Assembly (NCBI GenBank): GCA_900088475.1
Contig: FLMG01001570.1
Span: 1-64,000, forward strand
Source of the DNA: Hyphochytrium catenoides
Taxonomy: Eukaryota > Protista > Hyphochytriomycota
DNA: 64,000 nucleotides
Reading direction: 5' to 3'
The position numbers and the translations under genes were made by a program. Below the pieces are notes generated by a model that did no database searches, was not told the DNA's origin, and worked only from the letters and a program-made list of their open reading frames with translations. Of the stretch, positions 11,420 to 22,700 are shown piece by piece (the stretch's first letter is position 1; each line of letters starts with the position of its first letter).

Positions 11420-12576
11420 TCAACTGCTATATCTGCCCTTCTTACTCTCGACCCTTGGCTTCATACTCTTCAATTTCTCAGTCAGACGCTCTAGGTACCA
11501 GCGGTTTTCTGGAGCAGGTGTCAGTAGAGCCTGAATATTCGGGCCTAAGGCGCTGCAGATAGCGCCCATTCCAGCTCCTAAAGCTACTCCAACCCTCTTC
11601 TGCGGTAGCCGCGCTCGGAGGCCCCATAACCCGCCGGCAAGGGCTCCCCCTATGATGGGATTAATAGGATCGCGCTTCTTCCTTATTCCCGCGACAACAC
11701 ACTGCGTGGTGGTGGCCACAGTCAGCACAAGGGCCGTAGTCCCAGCGACCCTTTTCGTTCCGCCAAAGAATGCACGGCGATCTGTCAGTGAGGCAGCCCG
11801 ACGTCTGTAAGAAAGGCCAGAGGCCAGAGTCAGTCATAAGGGCCATGGTAAAGCCTGTAGTCCCTCTTACGCTGTTTTATCAGCCCCTTCATCTCCTCGC
11901 AGACAGCTCTTCTTCCTTCTGCTAGTTCGTCCAGGCCCTGTCTTACCTTGTGGCATGCATGATAAAGTCCCTGATTCCTAATACTCCTCCTATCCCGATA
12001 CCGGACGCAGCCTAACGGTGAGTTAGATTATGGTATCTTGAGCTCAACATTCAGGCTTCTTGGAACAGGAAGTACTCCACTTACCCCGAAGAAGAAGCTA
12101 CATAGGGCGACACTAGGGCATATTAACCCTGGAGGCGAATGGTCCAGAAGTAGGGAGACCTCACGATCTCGCTCCCTAGCGAGTTTGACCATTTCTCCAT
12201 ACCCCCGAATGCGACCTGCGAAGACATCCCTTATCACGGAAAGCATGAAGTCGTCAATCTCTTCTAGGTCTCCCTGCGTCGATGATTTTTCCATCTTGTC
12301 AACGGCTTCTAGGGCTTTTTGGAAGGGATCGTCTGATGGAAAACCTGACGGTGTTTCCGGCTGATCTTCATGCGGTAGGATGTTTTTAAGAAAACTTTCC
12401 CCTCTTTGGCCCTCGTCGTTGTCCTGGTTCTCAGTGAAGAAAGCATTCGTCATTGTATAGGAGGGATCATCACCCCTACTTCCAAAGACAGACTCATCCT
12501 CGTCATCATCTTCCCAAGGATCAGCTGCGCTCTTCTTCTGTTCACCAGGAGTTTCTGTGCGAGCAGACCAGCGCAT
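11420..12576 (-). CDS. Tim17/Tim22/Tim23-family protein, paralogue A, acidic N-terminal extension
   Basis: Spliced product: ...CPSVALCSFFFG|AASGIGIGGVLGIRDF...|...TTQCVVAGIRKKRDPINPIIGGALAGGLWG. Contains the family motif C....R.K.D..N...G...G and GxxxG-rich TMs. Confidence 0.8.
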
Positions 12577-14557
12577 CCTGGTACTTGACAGTCGCACGCT
12601 CGGATGGCGGCTCGGCGATAAAAACTGAAGCAGGCTGAATAGATCCTGGAGTGCCTTTCTTCCTTACTCTGGGTCTCTGACTTTTCTCAAACACAGTGGT
12701 GCGCTTGTTCTGTTTGAAGAGCCTACAGTCTGTGGAGGATAGACGTTGAAGTTCTTCAATTCTTCTGCATCATCAAAAACAATCGCAGATTTCTTTGTAA
12801 AAAAGGAAGATCAGACTTGGCAAAGATTATTGCTAAAGGATTTGTTTGGCTCTGGGTTCCTCACTATCTGATAGCTTGGTGTTGGTGTTTTATACAGTAA
12901 AACTATGGTAATGATGACACTCATCAACTCATCAAGAATCCAATAATGAGCTCTATCTTATTCCTCAGGACTACTGTGAGGTAGGTCTATAGGTTGAACC
13001 TATTGAACTGCTTCTTTATAAAAGTATAACTCCTCAGAGCTGCATGACTCATGATCAGCAAGCCAGCAGCTTTCCTCATCATAGTCTTTTGCCCAGTGGT
13101 GACCTCTCTCGGTGAGAGAACCAATGGAACAGATCCTCTGACTCTATAAGGCATAACTTTAGGCTGCCTGATGAACACCGCGTTTGCTTCATCTGACGTT
13201 TGCTTCATCTGAAAGAGCCACGGGACCGAAGACGGTGACTTCGACTTGGCCGTCGGACCGCTGTTGGACAAGGTTTCATAGCAGACAAAGTAATAATGCC
13301 TTGCAAAGGAGTAGGGGCGTGAACCACCAGCATGGTGATAGATAGTTAGAGGATTTGTTGAACCTCACAATTAGGTCTGCGGTAGAGGCGCTCTGCGTGC
13401 AGTTGGATTGCTGATAGGGCGCGGCGCCCATCCGTAGTTCCGCCGTTGAATGAGAGACCAAGTCGTTCCCCTATGACAGAGACCTTCTATAACCCTTGGC
13501 CCGGGGGCGCAGATTGCCGCAACAACCTTACAGATGGACAGGAGATGAGGCTTAGGCTTGGACCAACCCAGACGGGAGGTGGTGCTACTTGGTGAAGAGA
13601 GGGGACGACAAGACTGCAAAAGACTAGTTTGAGAGTTTGGGATCTCCTAAAAGAAGAGGCAAACTCTCGCACTCTCTGTTTTGGTGTCAATGCAAGAGCC
13701 TAAAATAGCCAGGTAACTGCTGACGGGCGCTTCGCAAATTCCAGAGTTAATAAGGACATCGAGCATTTGTCGGTCTACTGGATCCCTCGACAGATGGGCG
13801 ATCGTTCAAGAGTTGCATAACGTAAACGCTTGGCCAAGACAGTGAACACCTATACCACTCACTTCTCAAGTCGCTAATGTAGGGATTTCTCCATCCGCTC
13901 TATCAGGCCAGGGCGTTGGGATATTCCAGAAGCAGAAGCTCCAGATGGTGCTGACCTAGTCGAAGGTGTGATGCTTCTAAGCCATTCTTTCCTGTTACGA
14001 GGCACAACTGATGTTAGGGGCTTATATCACGCGGGTTTAGCCCCCTTGGATGCTTCTCGCATAGCTACGTAGAGCCTTCGTGCTCCTCGTGTGCTAGAAG
14101 AGCTAGCCGCAGTCCCCGGACGAACAAGCGTTGACTCCCTGACTAGGTACTATCTCCAGGAAGGTACTGTTCACTGATTTGTCATGCAACGAGGTTGTCA
14201 AATAGCAGTGGTGAATGCAAGGGAAAGCCATGTCTTGGTGTCGAGACCTAAGGCCCACTCACAAGCGGAAACACTAACAATAGTAGAGATTTGCCCCTCG
14301 GACGCGCGGCAGCACTTTCTATGTTAAAGAAACTACATCTCCTTGTTCTCCGTCGCATTCAGTCTATCCAAGTCTAGACGTTGGCGGAGTAGCGAAGGCC
14401 CTGCGACTTTTAAAGCCCTGTTGACGATACACGTCTAGCTTAAGCTTGAGCCCATCCAGTGCATACCGCTCTTTTAATACTTTTGGACCTTCCAACCCGC
14501 GGGCATCTGGGCCTTAACTTAATTAGACGAGTCTTGTCGTGCTGGCCGACCTGGGGC

Positions 14558-15745
14558 TCATAGGAACGGTGGACGCTCCACGACTGGGGTACCTCTAACC
14601 TGGTACTTGGGGTCTAAAAAGCTGCATATGGCACCCAACCCAGCCCCGATTGCTAGTCCAACCGACTTTCGTGGTCGTCGCGATAGTATGGCCCATAGGC
14701 CGCCCGCAAGTGCTCCCCCTACAATGGGGTTGATGTGATCGCGCTTCTTCCTTATTCCTGTGAGAACGCATTTTGTGCTGCTGGCCACAGTCAGCACAAG
14801 AGCCATAGTCCCAGTCATTCTTCCCATTTTTCGATACAGCACTCTTACGTCTGCGGATGTGACAGGCCGACCTCTGCAGCGAAAAGAGCAGCACATAGTC
14901 ATATGAGTCCCAGGACCAGTGAATTCTTCCTCTCGCTCTACGATTTGTGGACCACGAGGAAGCTTTTCTCTTTCAGAGAAGTCAAGAGGGCTGGGTGCCT
15001 GCATACCTTGTCTGCAGTCCAAAGTCCCTGATGCCTATGAGCGTTCCTATCCCAAGTCCAAACAACGCCTACAGCAAACCATGATGTGTCTATTCAGCCT
15101 CAGGGCTCGGGTTGTTAAAGGACGCACCTCACTTACCCCCTCAAAGAACTGGTCCATGGCGAACCGTAAGCATACCTTCGGAGAACTAGCCTGGTCATAC
15201 ATCATAGATACGAGCTTCCACTTCAGTTGCTCGATTGCTTCGGGAGGAAGTCCTCGCTCTTTGCAAAAGGCTTCCAGGTCTTCGAATGAATTAATCTGAA
15301 CTTGCTTCCCCTTAGGCATGGATGCCCGGGTCTCGCCCCTCGTCTCAACCTTGCCACTGCTCAAGGTGGAATAAACTTCGGGAGTCACGGCAGATGGCTC
15401 TTGCTCCAAAGGCAGTGGCGAATGTGTCCCTTGCCCTTGGCCATCATTGTGATGAGGATCAGGGCTGGGTTTTTCTGCTGAAGAGGCTGTGAATGGTGTA
15501 TCTCGTTTGCCCCACCGCAGGACTTTCTCAAGGAACTTGCCACCTTCTTCGCCCTCATTACCCTTCTCCTTCTGGGCCGAGAGTTTGGCAGCGACTCTGT
15601 AAGGGTCATCTGTTCTGTCAGGTATAGCGGTCCCATTCCTGAGTTGGCCAAACTCAGAACAGGCATCATCGTCCTCATCTTCCCAAGGATCAGGAGCTTG
15701 CCTTTTTGGTCCATCTGTGTCCTCGCGGCGAGCTGATCGGTTCAT
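14558..15745 (-). CDS. Tim17/Tim22/Tim23-family protein, paralogue B, long acidic N-terminal extension
   Basis: Spliced product: ...CLRFAMDQFFEG|ALFGLGIGTLIGIRDF...|...STKCVLTGIRKKRDHINPIVGGALAGGLWA. The 3' end may extend to ~14438 if a further intron is used. Confidence 0.8.
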
Positions 15746-16412
15746 CTCCACCTTTACCCGCTCGTGTTGAGGTCGATGGATATAGATGAGCCGCCAGAGA
15801 CTCACCTGTGCGGCTTATTCTCTTGGTCTACTTACATTGTGGCCCTCTTTCTTCCATCATGGGCATGACCGTTAGTCCGCTGACCCAGCCTCTACCAGGG
15901 CTCGGCAGGGGCTCTCATCGTCTTGACAATGATGGAACTCTTGTGGATCAGAAGATACAGAGAATCTCAGCCTTTACGCCTTTACAGCAGATCCAACACT
16001 CAGCCTGCGCTGACGGTTCTGAAGTTAACTCAGATCTCCTCCAGGATGGTGATAGCTTCATAGCAGCGTATCAAACCCTCTTCCTTCAGATCTTCCCCAG
16101 GAGTCAGAGTGTCATGAAGACAATCTGATCTTCATCATCGTCCTCAGCTCCTCGGCGCATCAAGATGCAGCTCAAGCAAGCTCCGCCCTTTCCAAGCGCT
16201 CACTTGTTCACGCCGTCGGCTTTTGAGAAGGTTATACTGGTGTGCTTATGAAGTCTTCCTAAGGAGAGAGCGGCGACTGGAGAAAGCGAGAGTCGTAGGG
16301 AAGGACGGAAGAGAGCGGAGGGTAGAAAGTGGTTCATTCGCGCTTTTGTTAGTTAAGAACACCACCTACAAAATTGAGGCAATCGTCCAAGCGTTGCAAA
16401 TAGTTCGACAAG

Positions 16413-19400
16413 ATGGCCACGAATAACAAGTACGATAGACAGGTAGGCCGCTTTCTTATATTCCTACTAGGTCTACCTCTTAGGCGCTCTTCGTGTAGTT
16501 GCGGCTCTGGGGCGAAAGTGGGCAGGCAGCTCTCGCCAATGCCAGCATTCTTGTCATCAATGCAAGCGCTGTGGGGAGTGAGACTCTCAAGAACCTAGTG
16601 CTGCCAGGGCTAGGAGCGTTTACAATCCTTGATCCTGAGATGGTGCAGCAGTCAGATCTGGGCAACAACTTCTTTGTTACAGCAGACAGAATTGGACATA
16701 GTCGAGCAAAGGTACACAATCAACAATCGACGTCTGTTCTTTCCATCCTCTGCGAAAACATAGCATTCATCCTTGACATGGTCGGACAGGCCGTGATGGA
16801 AATGATGCTTGAAATGAACCCGGACGTAAAGGGAAGCTATCGACTGGACAGACTGGACGATGTGATGGCAAGCGGTAACGTCCTCGGTCTTAGCCGGAGG
16901 AGGATGGCTTTACTTTTACGCTGACCTTGATGTGGTCTAGACCCGGCCTACTTCCTTAACTTTGACCTGGTCATTGCGACGCAGCTGGACATCGTCTCCT
17001 TGCGGGAACTGGCCGCGCTGTGTGAGCGCCAAGCTGTCCCTCTACTGGTAGGAAAGCTGTCACAGTGCCATCATGAGACCCCTTGCTTGACTCTCGTTCT
17101 ATCTAGGTTGGAAGATCTTACGGACTACTAGGCTATGTGCGTATTATCGCCCGCGAACATACTATTCTGGATTCAAAACCAGACCCCAGAGGAGATGATC
17201 TACGCATAGACAACCCATTTCCCGCGCTGCAGGTCTCAAAGCCTCTCTATAGACGACCTTTGGCTCTCTCTCTCACTTTCTGTACCCTGCTGTGCGTGCC
17301 AATGGCTTGTTCTTTCCTGGTCAGGCCTTCGTAGATTCGTTTGATTTCGCGAAGCTTTCTTCCATAGAGTACGCACACATCCCTTTCGTCGTCATCCTTA
17401 TTCAAGCCATTCAGAGATGGAAAGCCTCTCATACAGGAAAGCTGCCAAGGTCCGTAGACTCTCTTATCTCTTTCCGCTGCTCTTCTTTTGGGTTCGGCTT
17501 GGCCTTATGCTATGTCTGAACTGAAGGCATCTTTAGGCTGCGCGTCTAAGCCCTGCATAAGGCTTCTCGTACAGGATCCTTTCGTTCGACAGTACTAACG
17601 ATAACATTGTAGCACTCTTGCCGAGAAAGAGGCATTTAAGAGCACGATCAGAAAGATGTCGAAGACCTCTTCTGCCAACTTTGTGGAGGCTGTAGACAAT
17701 GCCTACAAAGCCTATGTGGTAAAGGAGGTAAAAACGATTCAGTTGCGACAATATCACCTACTACTCTTTCTACGGCGAGGGAGTACGGTTACGAGTCAAG
17801 CCACCCTTACTCTCTTTATCGGTTGTCTCCCGACTAGATTTATCTCTTTATGATCTCCTACAATGGTGCTCGTCCTCCTCCATAGATCCCGCCGGAAGTA
17901 GCTGAAGTCTTGGACCACCCCAACTGTCAAAACCTGTCACCGTCAACTGTCAACTTTTGGATTATGGCTCGTGCCCTCAAGGAATTTGTCAGCAAGGATG
18001 GAAAGGGGCAGCTTCCACTCAGTGGCCATTTGCCGGATATGACAGCAACAACTGAGTGGTTTGTTGAAATGCAGCAGATCTACAAGAAGAAAGCTGAGGA
18101 GGACAGGGTATGTCCCTTATGATATATGGATTACTGGTAAAAGTTTGGATGAATCTAATCCTCTTGTTCTGGCATTCAGAGTCGCATAGGGGAGCTCACA
18201 AAAGAGATCCTATTGTCTCTGGGTTTGCCATCGAGCAGGTACTCACATTTTTCGTTGAAGTCTTTGATCTCTCAACCCACCAACAGTCTCCAAACTCCCG
18301 AGCAGGGTAACTCAAGAGGAGCTTGAAAACTTTTGCAAAAACGCCAGCGTTATCCAGGTATATCTGAGTTAACAAATCAAAGCCTAACGGCTTTTGGGAA
18401 GGAAAGAAGGAGTGGAGACAAGAGTAGTTTGTTACCCCGGCCAATTAAAGTACAGCACGAAAGGAAAAGAATGAAGGGACTTGTTGCTTAGGTTACACTA
18501 AGCCCACAGAAACTGAGTAGTCTCATTCTGTCAAACCTCTATCTTAGTGTCTCAGTACCCGGTCCTTTGCCGAGGAGCTTGCATCCCCAAACGCCGATGA
18601 GGTGAGCTGCTGCATGAGTCATTCCTTGGTTGGCTCAGTGTGGAACGCTTCTCTAATGTACGTCTCACCCCTCTCCGTGCTGCCTCCGGCTTTCTTCTAT
18701 GGTTCCTGTAGCTGCGCTCCCTCTTGCTTTCGGAGCCCGACGTGCAGCATCCCGCACTTTGGTATCTTATGCTACGACTAGCCGACGAGTTCTACGCGAA
18801 GGTGGGCGATAAAGCCTCATTAACTCCTGCCACTCCTAATGACGTCAGCCCTATCTGTTGACTTTATGTGGCTACCTTCTACTCTACGCCAATGCCTTGC
18901 TATATATATGCTACTATCCTCTTGGCAACCTCGCACCTCGGCTATATAGCATCAACGCTATCCTGGGACCAGGCAGGAAGAGGTGAGAAAGTCAAGGATA
19001 TATAAATCTGCCTCGGCAAATCCAGACTGTATCTAACTACTTGTTCCCCAGCTCGCAGCAGACGCAGCTTCACTTTACGGGGATATCAAAGTTCTTTGGA
19101 AGCGCTTAGGGCTAGAAGACTCTACTGTCTCAGAACATCACGCGCATGAATTGTAAGTCTCTGTTCCCACCCTGTCTCGACCTGCAATAATCAGCTATGT
19201 TAATGTCGCTAGCTCTCTATTGTGACAATTATCGGAAGGAGGCTAGATCTCACCCTCAGCATTCCTTTCCCCTTACCCGCTATGTATCAAACTCTAATGT
19301 CTGCCTCACTTACTCGGACAAACATCCCATCGGCAACGACGAAGGGTCCGTTACGGAGCTTGCGAGCTTCATAATATAGCTGCGATAGTTGGAGGACTTG

Positions 19401-19621
19401 CCTCACAGGAGGCTGTGAAGGTAAATTAAAAAACAGTTCCACTTTTTATGAGATTTTTGCTGCGCAGTAAAGCATCATAATTTGCATGTTGGACCTCTCT
19501 CTTTCCGTCTGTTTAATCTCACTATCTTGTCGTGCAGCTCATTACGGGGCAATATGTACCCCTAAACAATACCTATCTTTTTAATGGGATCACTGCAACG
19601 GCTGCAGTCTTTGAAGCCTGA
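16413..19621 (+). CDS. NAE1: NEDD8-activating enzyme E1 regulatory subunit (NAE1/APPBP1/AXR1), multi-exon
   Basis: KYDRQ|LRLWGESGQAAL, ETLKNLVLPG, DLRIDNPFPAL, HIPFVVIL, LPLSGHLPDMTATT, RYGACELHNIAAIVGGLASQEAVK|LITGQYVPLNNTYLFNG. Stop at 19619-19621. Confidence 0.95.
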
Positions 19622-19791
19622 GAATGCCGGACATTTTTAGCAGGCGGCCGCTCTTTTGGACGTGCAATCTAAATGGGTCCACACAAAGGCTCTGCGAGCG
19701 GAAGACCAATCCTACTTCAACCTCGTTGATGCACCATCTTTAGAGGCTTCCTAATAGGGCTCTTCGGTGCCAAGGCTTCCTCTCCCGTCCA

Positions 19792-22700
19792 TTACAGCTC
19801 CTCTATAATGGGCTTAGTCATTGCTACTGCTTGCAGCACTCTGGCTTCAGAGTCAGATGAAAGCGCTTGTAGCTGCGCCAAAAGCTGCTCTTTGAAGGGA
19901 AGGACTAGGAGCAACGCTTCTAGAGACAGACCACGAATGAGCAAAACGAGGATGATTGTGGTCCGAAAACGACATCGGAGTTTACCTTTCCTAGAGCATA
20001 AGCTGTGTATAACTTGCACGCCTGCCTGCCGCACTTGTGAATATTTACCGTCTTTTGTCCCTTCCAGCGCCGTCTGCAGAATACTTTCCGCCATTGTGGC
20101 CATTAGCACGCCACTCCGCAGACTCCTTCCTCCGCCTACTAGAAGATAGGCAGGTATACAGGGGACGCAATAAAAGGAAACGGCATCAGTAAAGGAAAAA
20201 GATGGGATGGCAAGAATGGCAAGAATCAATCAAGGAGATTGAAGGGGCAACGACACCAATAAGTAGCTTCAAGGGGAAACTCCTTAGGATAGAAGCCACC
20301 CCGAACCTGGCCCAAGTAAGAACGCATAACAGTGACAGGTCACATAAGATGCGAAGGGACAAGTATCGGCCGAGAGCAAAGGTACTTCTCGACCAACCAC
20401 CAATAGTTTCCGTTTCAACACAATAGGAGTCACCTTCGCTAGCTTCTAGATAAGACGTCCTTGCCACTGTCTCAAGAGCCTTCAGAATTGCGACGCGGAT
20501 ACTCCAGATGCCCACCTGCACAACCCGAAGGCCACGTCATGTCTTTGTATTGCCAATATCATAAAGCGCTCAAGGCAAAATGCAAGGAAGCAGATGATGG
20601 AGTCCCATAAAGGCGAAAGGAAGAGAATATGTCCGGTTTGAGTGGATGGACCGAACTCTCTAAATGAAAAGGAATTTGGAAACACTTATAGCAGTCAGAG
20701 AACGAGACCAGCGACCAAGTTCATGCCATTGGCAGCACGATAAACTACAACAGGAGCTGAAGAGTTTCTTGCGACCTTGTGATAATCAGCCGAGAGCATC
20801 GTGATAAGGGTGCCAGCCTCTCGTCGCTGCACCTCATAGGCGGGTTCAGAAAGCCCAGTACTCGTCAATGGCTCTGGCGGAAACAAGGTTTAAATTCAGT
20901 CAGCCCTGAGCCTGCCCTGCTCTCGTTCTCTAGGTTCTTTCGATAGCTCTCACCTTCTGCTCCTTCAACGAGCCCAAAATCTCCTTCTTGGAAGCCTTGC
21001 ACTCGGGGCCAGCTGGCTCCCAGGCACTCGTAGAGTTTGCATTGCAAGAGTGGGGCAAAGCTTCCAATCTTTAGCTCAGTTCGCTCTTCACTTTCCCTTT
21101 CGCCTTCTTCTCTAAGTTCGTTGATCCTAGTCACAATGACTTTGTGCACTCTAGGGTAGCTTACGACACCTGGGAACGCCGAGAGAAGGCGAGAAAGAGA
21201 CTCTGCAGCCACGCTAGCGTATTGCTGGACAAAAGCAGTTTTTAGCCAGGGACTAAATGTGAAAGGGAAGACCATGGATGGCTAGCTATATGTGGGTTAG
21301 ATCAAAACACATTCGCTTACAGAGAGTAGCCTACCGAAATGCAGATTATGGTTTTGAGTCATCGTACCTTGTTGCTATTCTTCACCTCCAGGAGGAGCAG
21401 GTCAATTACTTGCTTAAGTGATAACTTCATTTCTGGTCCCTTCTTTTCTGGGTTTGACTTCTCCTCATGTTCTCCTGGCATTGTCTCAGACTCTAGGTCC
21501 ATACTATCTTCTACACTTTCAGCTGTCATGTTATGTCTTTCAACCCCTTGCTCCGCGATATCTTCATCCATAGCGTCGCCCTTATCAGCCGGTTCGTGCA
21601 GGTCCGCTGTTCCTGAGTGGTCAGGCCTGTCTTCAACTCCTTCCCTTGCCTTCCTGGTGTCAGTGGCAGGATTTTGAACACGCCATACCGTCAATTCGTG
21701 AAGAGAGAAATCGCTGTCTTCTTCCAAGAGAAGTGACGCCGAACCCCGCCTCAGCTTCGACTTCCATGCTATGCACAGCGCGACTAGTGCAGAAAGCATC
21801 TTTTCTTTCCCCTCCCAATGCTTTCCCAGCAGGGAAGTGACTAGGGGAGGCATAAGTACAGGAAAGAGAGGGCTGATTTCGTGTTCACTACACTTTTCTA
21901 CTATTTCGGATAGTGCGGCAGCTCCTTGGCGCCTTCTTTTCCAGGAAGAGGCGGAAAGAGCAGCAGCGATCTCAATCCCTAACTGAGGGAGGAATTCCTT
22001 GATGACCCTTAGACTACCTCCTGAAACATCGTCCAGCACCTGTGAGGCGCCCAATAAAGCGCAAGATCAGTATAGAGGTTTGGTCTCCCTTGTGCAGAGT
22101 CTCTCACTAGCAACATCACTGTCCTTCTGCATCTTACCTGAGTCCAGACTCTAGTAATGTTCTCGTCACTGTCATTTTTTCCGAGAAAGGAAAGCGGAAT
22201 CGTTATGGCTCTAATACTACCAGCAGATTTAGAATGGTAGCGTAGAAGGTCCGCGAACGCTTGTGGCACAGATTGTGGAGGAAGGCTCGAGCTCTGCCCA
22301 TCCATGGTTTTCGGACGCCAAACATATTTATTCCCGGGGGAATGGCGAGAGAAAATAGCTGTTAGTTGAGACCAAGACAAGGCAAACTTCGCAGGCTAAG
22401 TAGATTCCTATGAGCTCAACGAAAGCCTTGGTGAAAGTGAGTTATGTAACTCTTAGAAAGGGGAAGGAGACAGGAGAAGAGATCTTCAGAGTCACATAAA
22501 GGTAGGTTCCTGGATGTAGGCGAACGAATGAGCCTTCGACATTTCCCACTCAAACTACCAGATATAGCTGCCTCAGTCTATCCGCGTAGCGGCGAACAGT
22601 TTTCTCCTTACAAAGTCGACAGAGGTAGGCAGCCGCCACAGAGTACGCGGCTCGGACGGAGGGAGATTGGTCGGACAATTGGCCTGTGAGGTAAATGGTC

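Noticed and set aside
20871-20920. Apparent GC-AG intron in ECM29
   Set aside because: A canonical GAAG|GTGAGA donor at ~20954 gives the correct phase.
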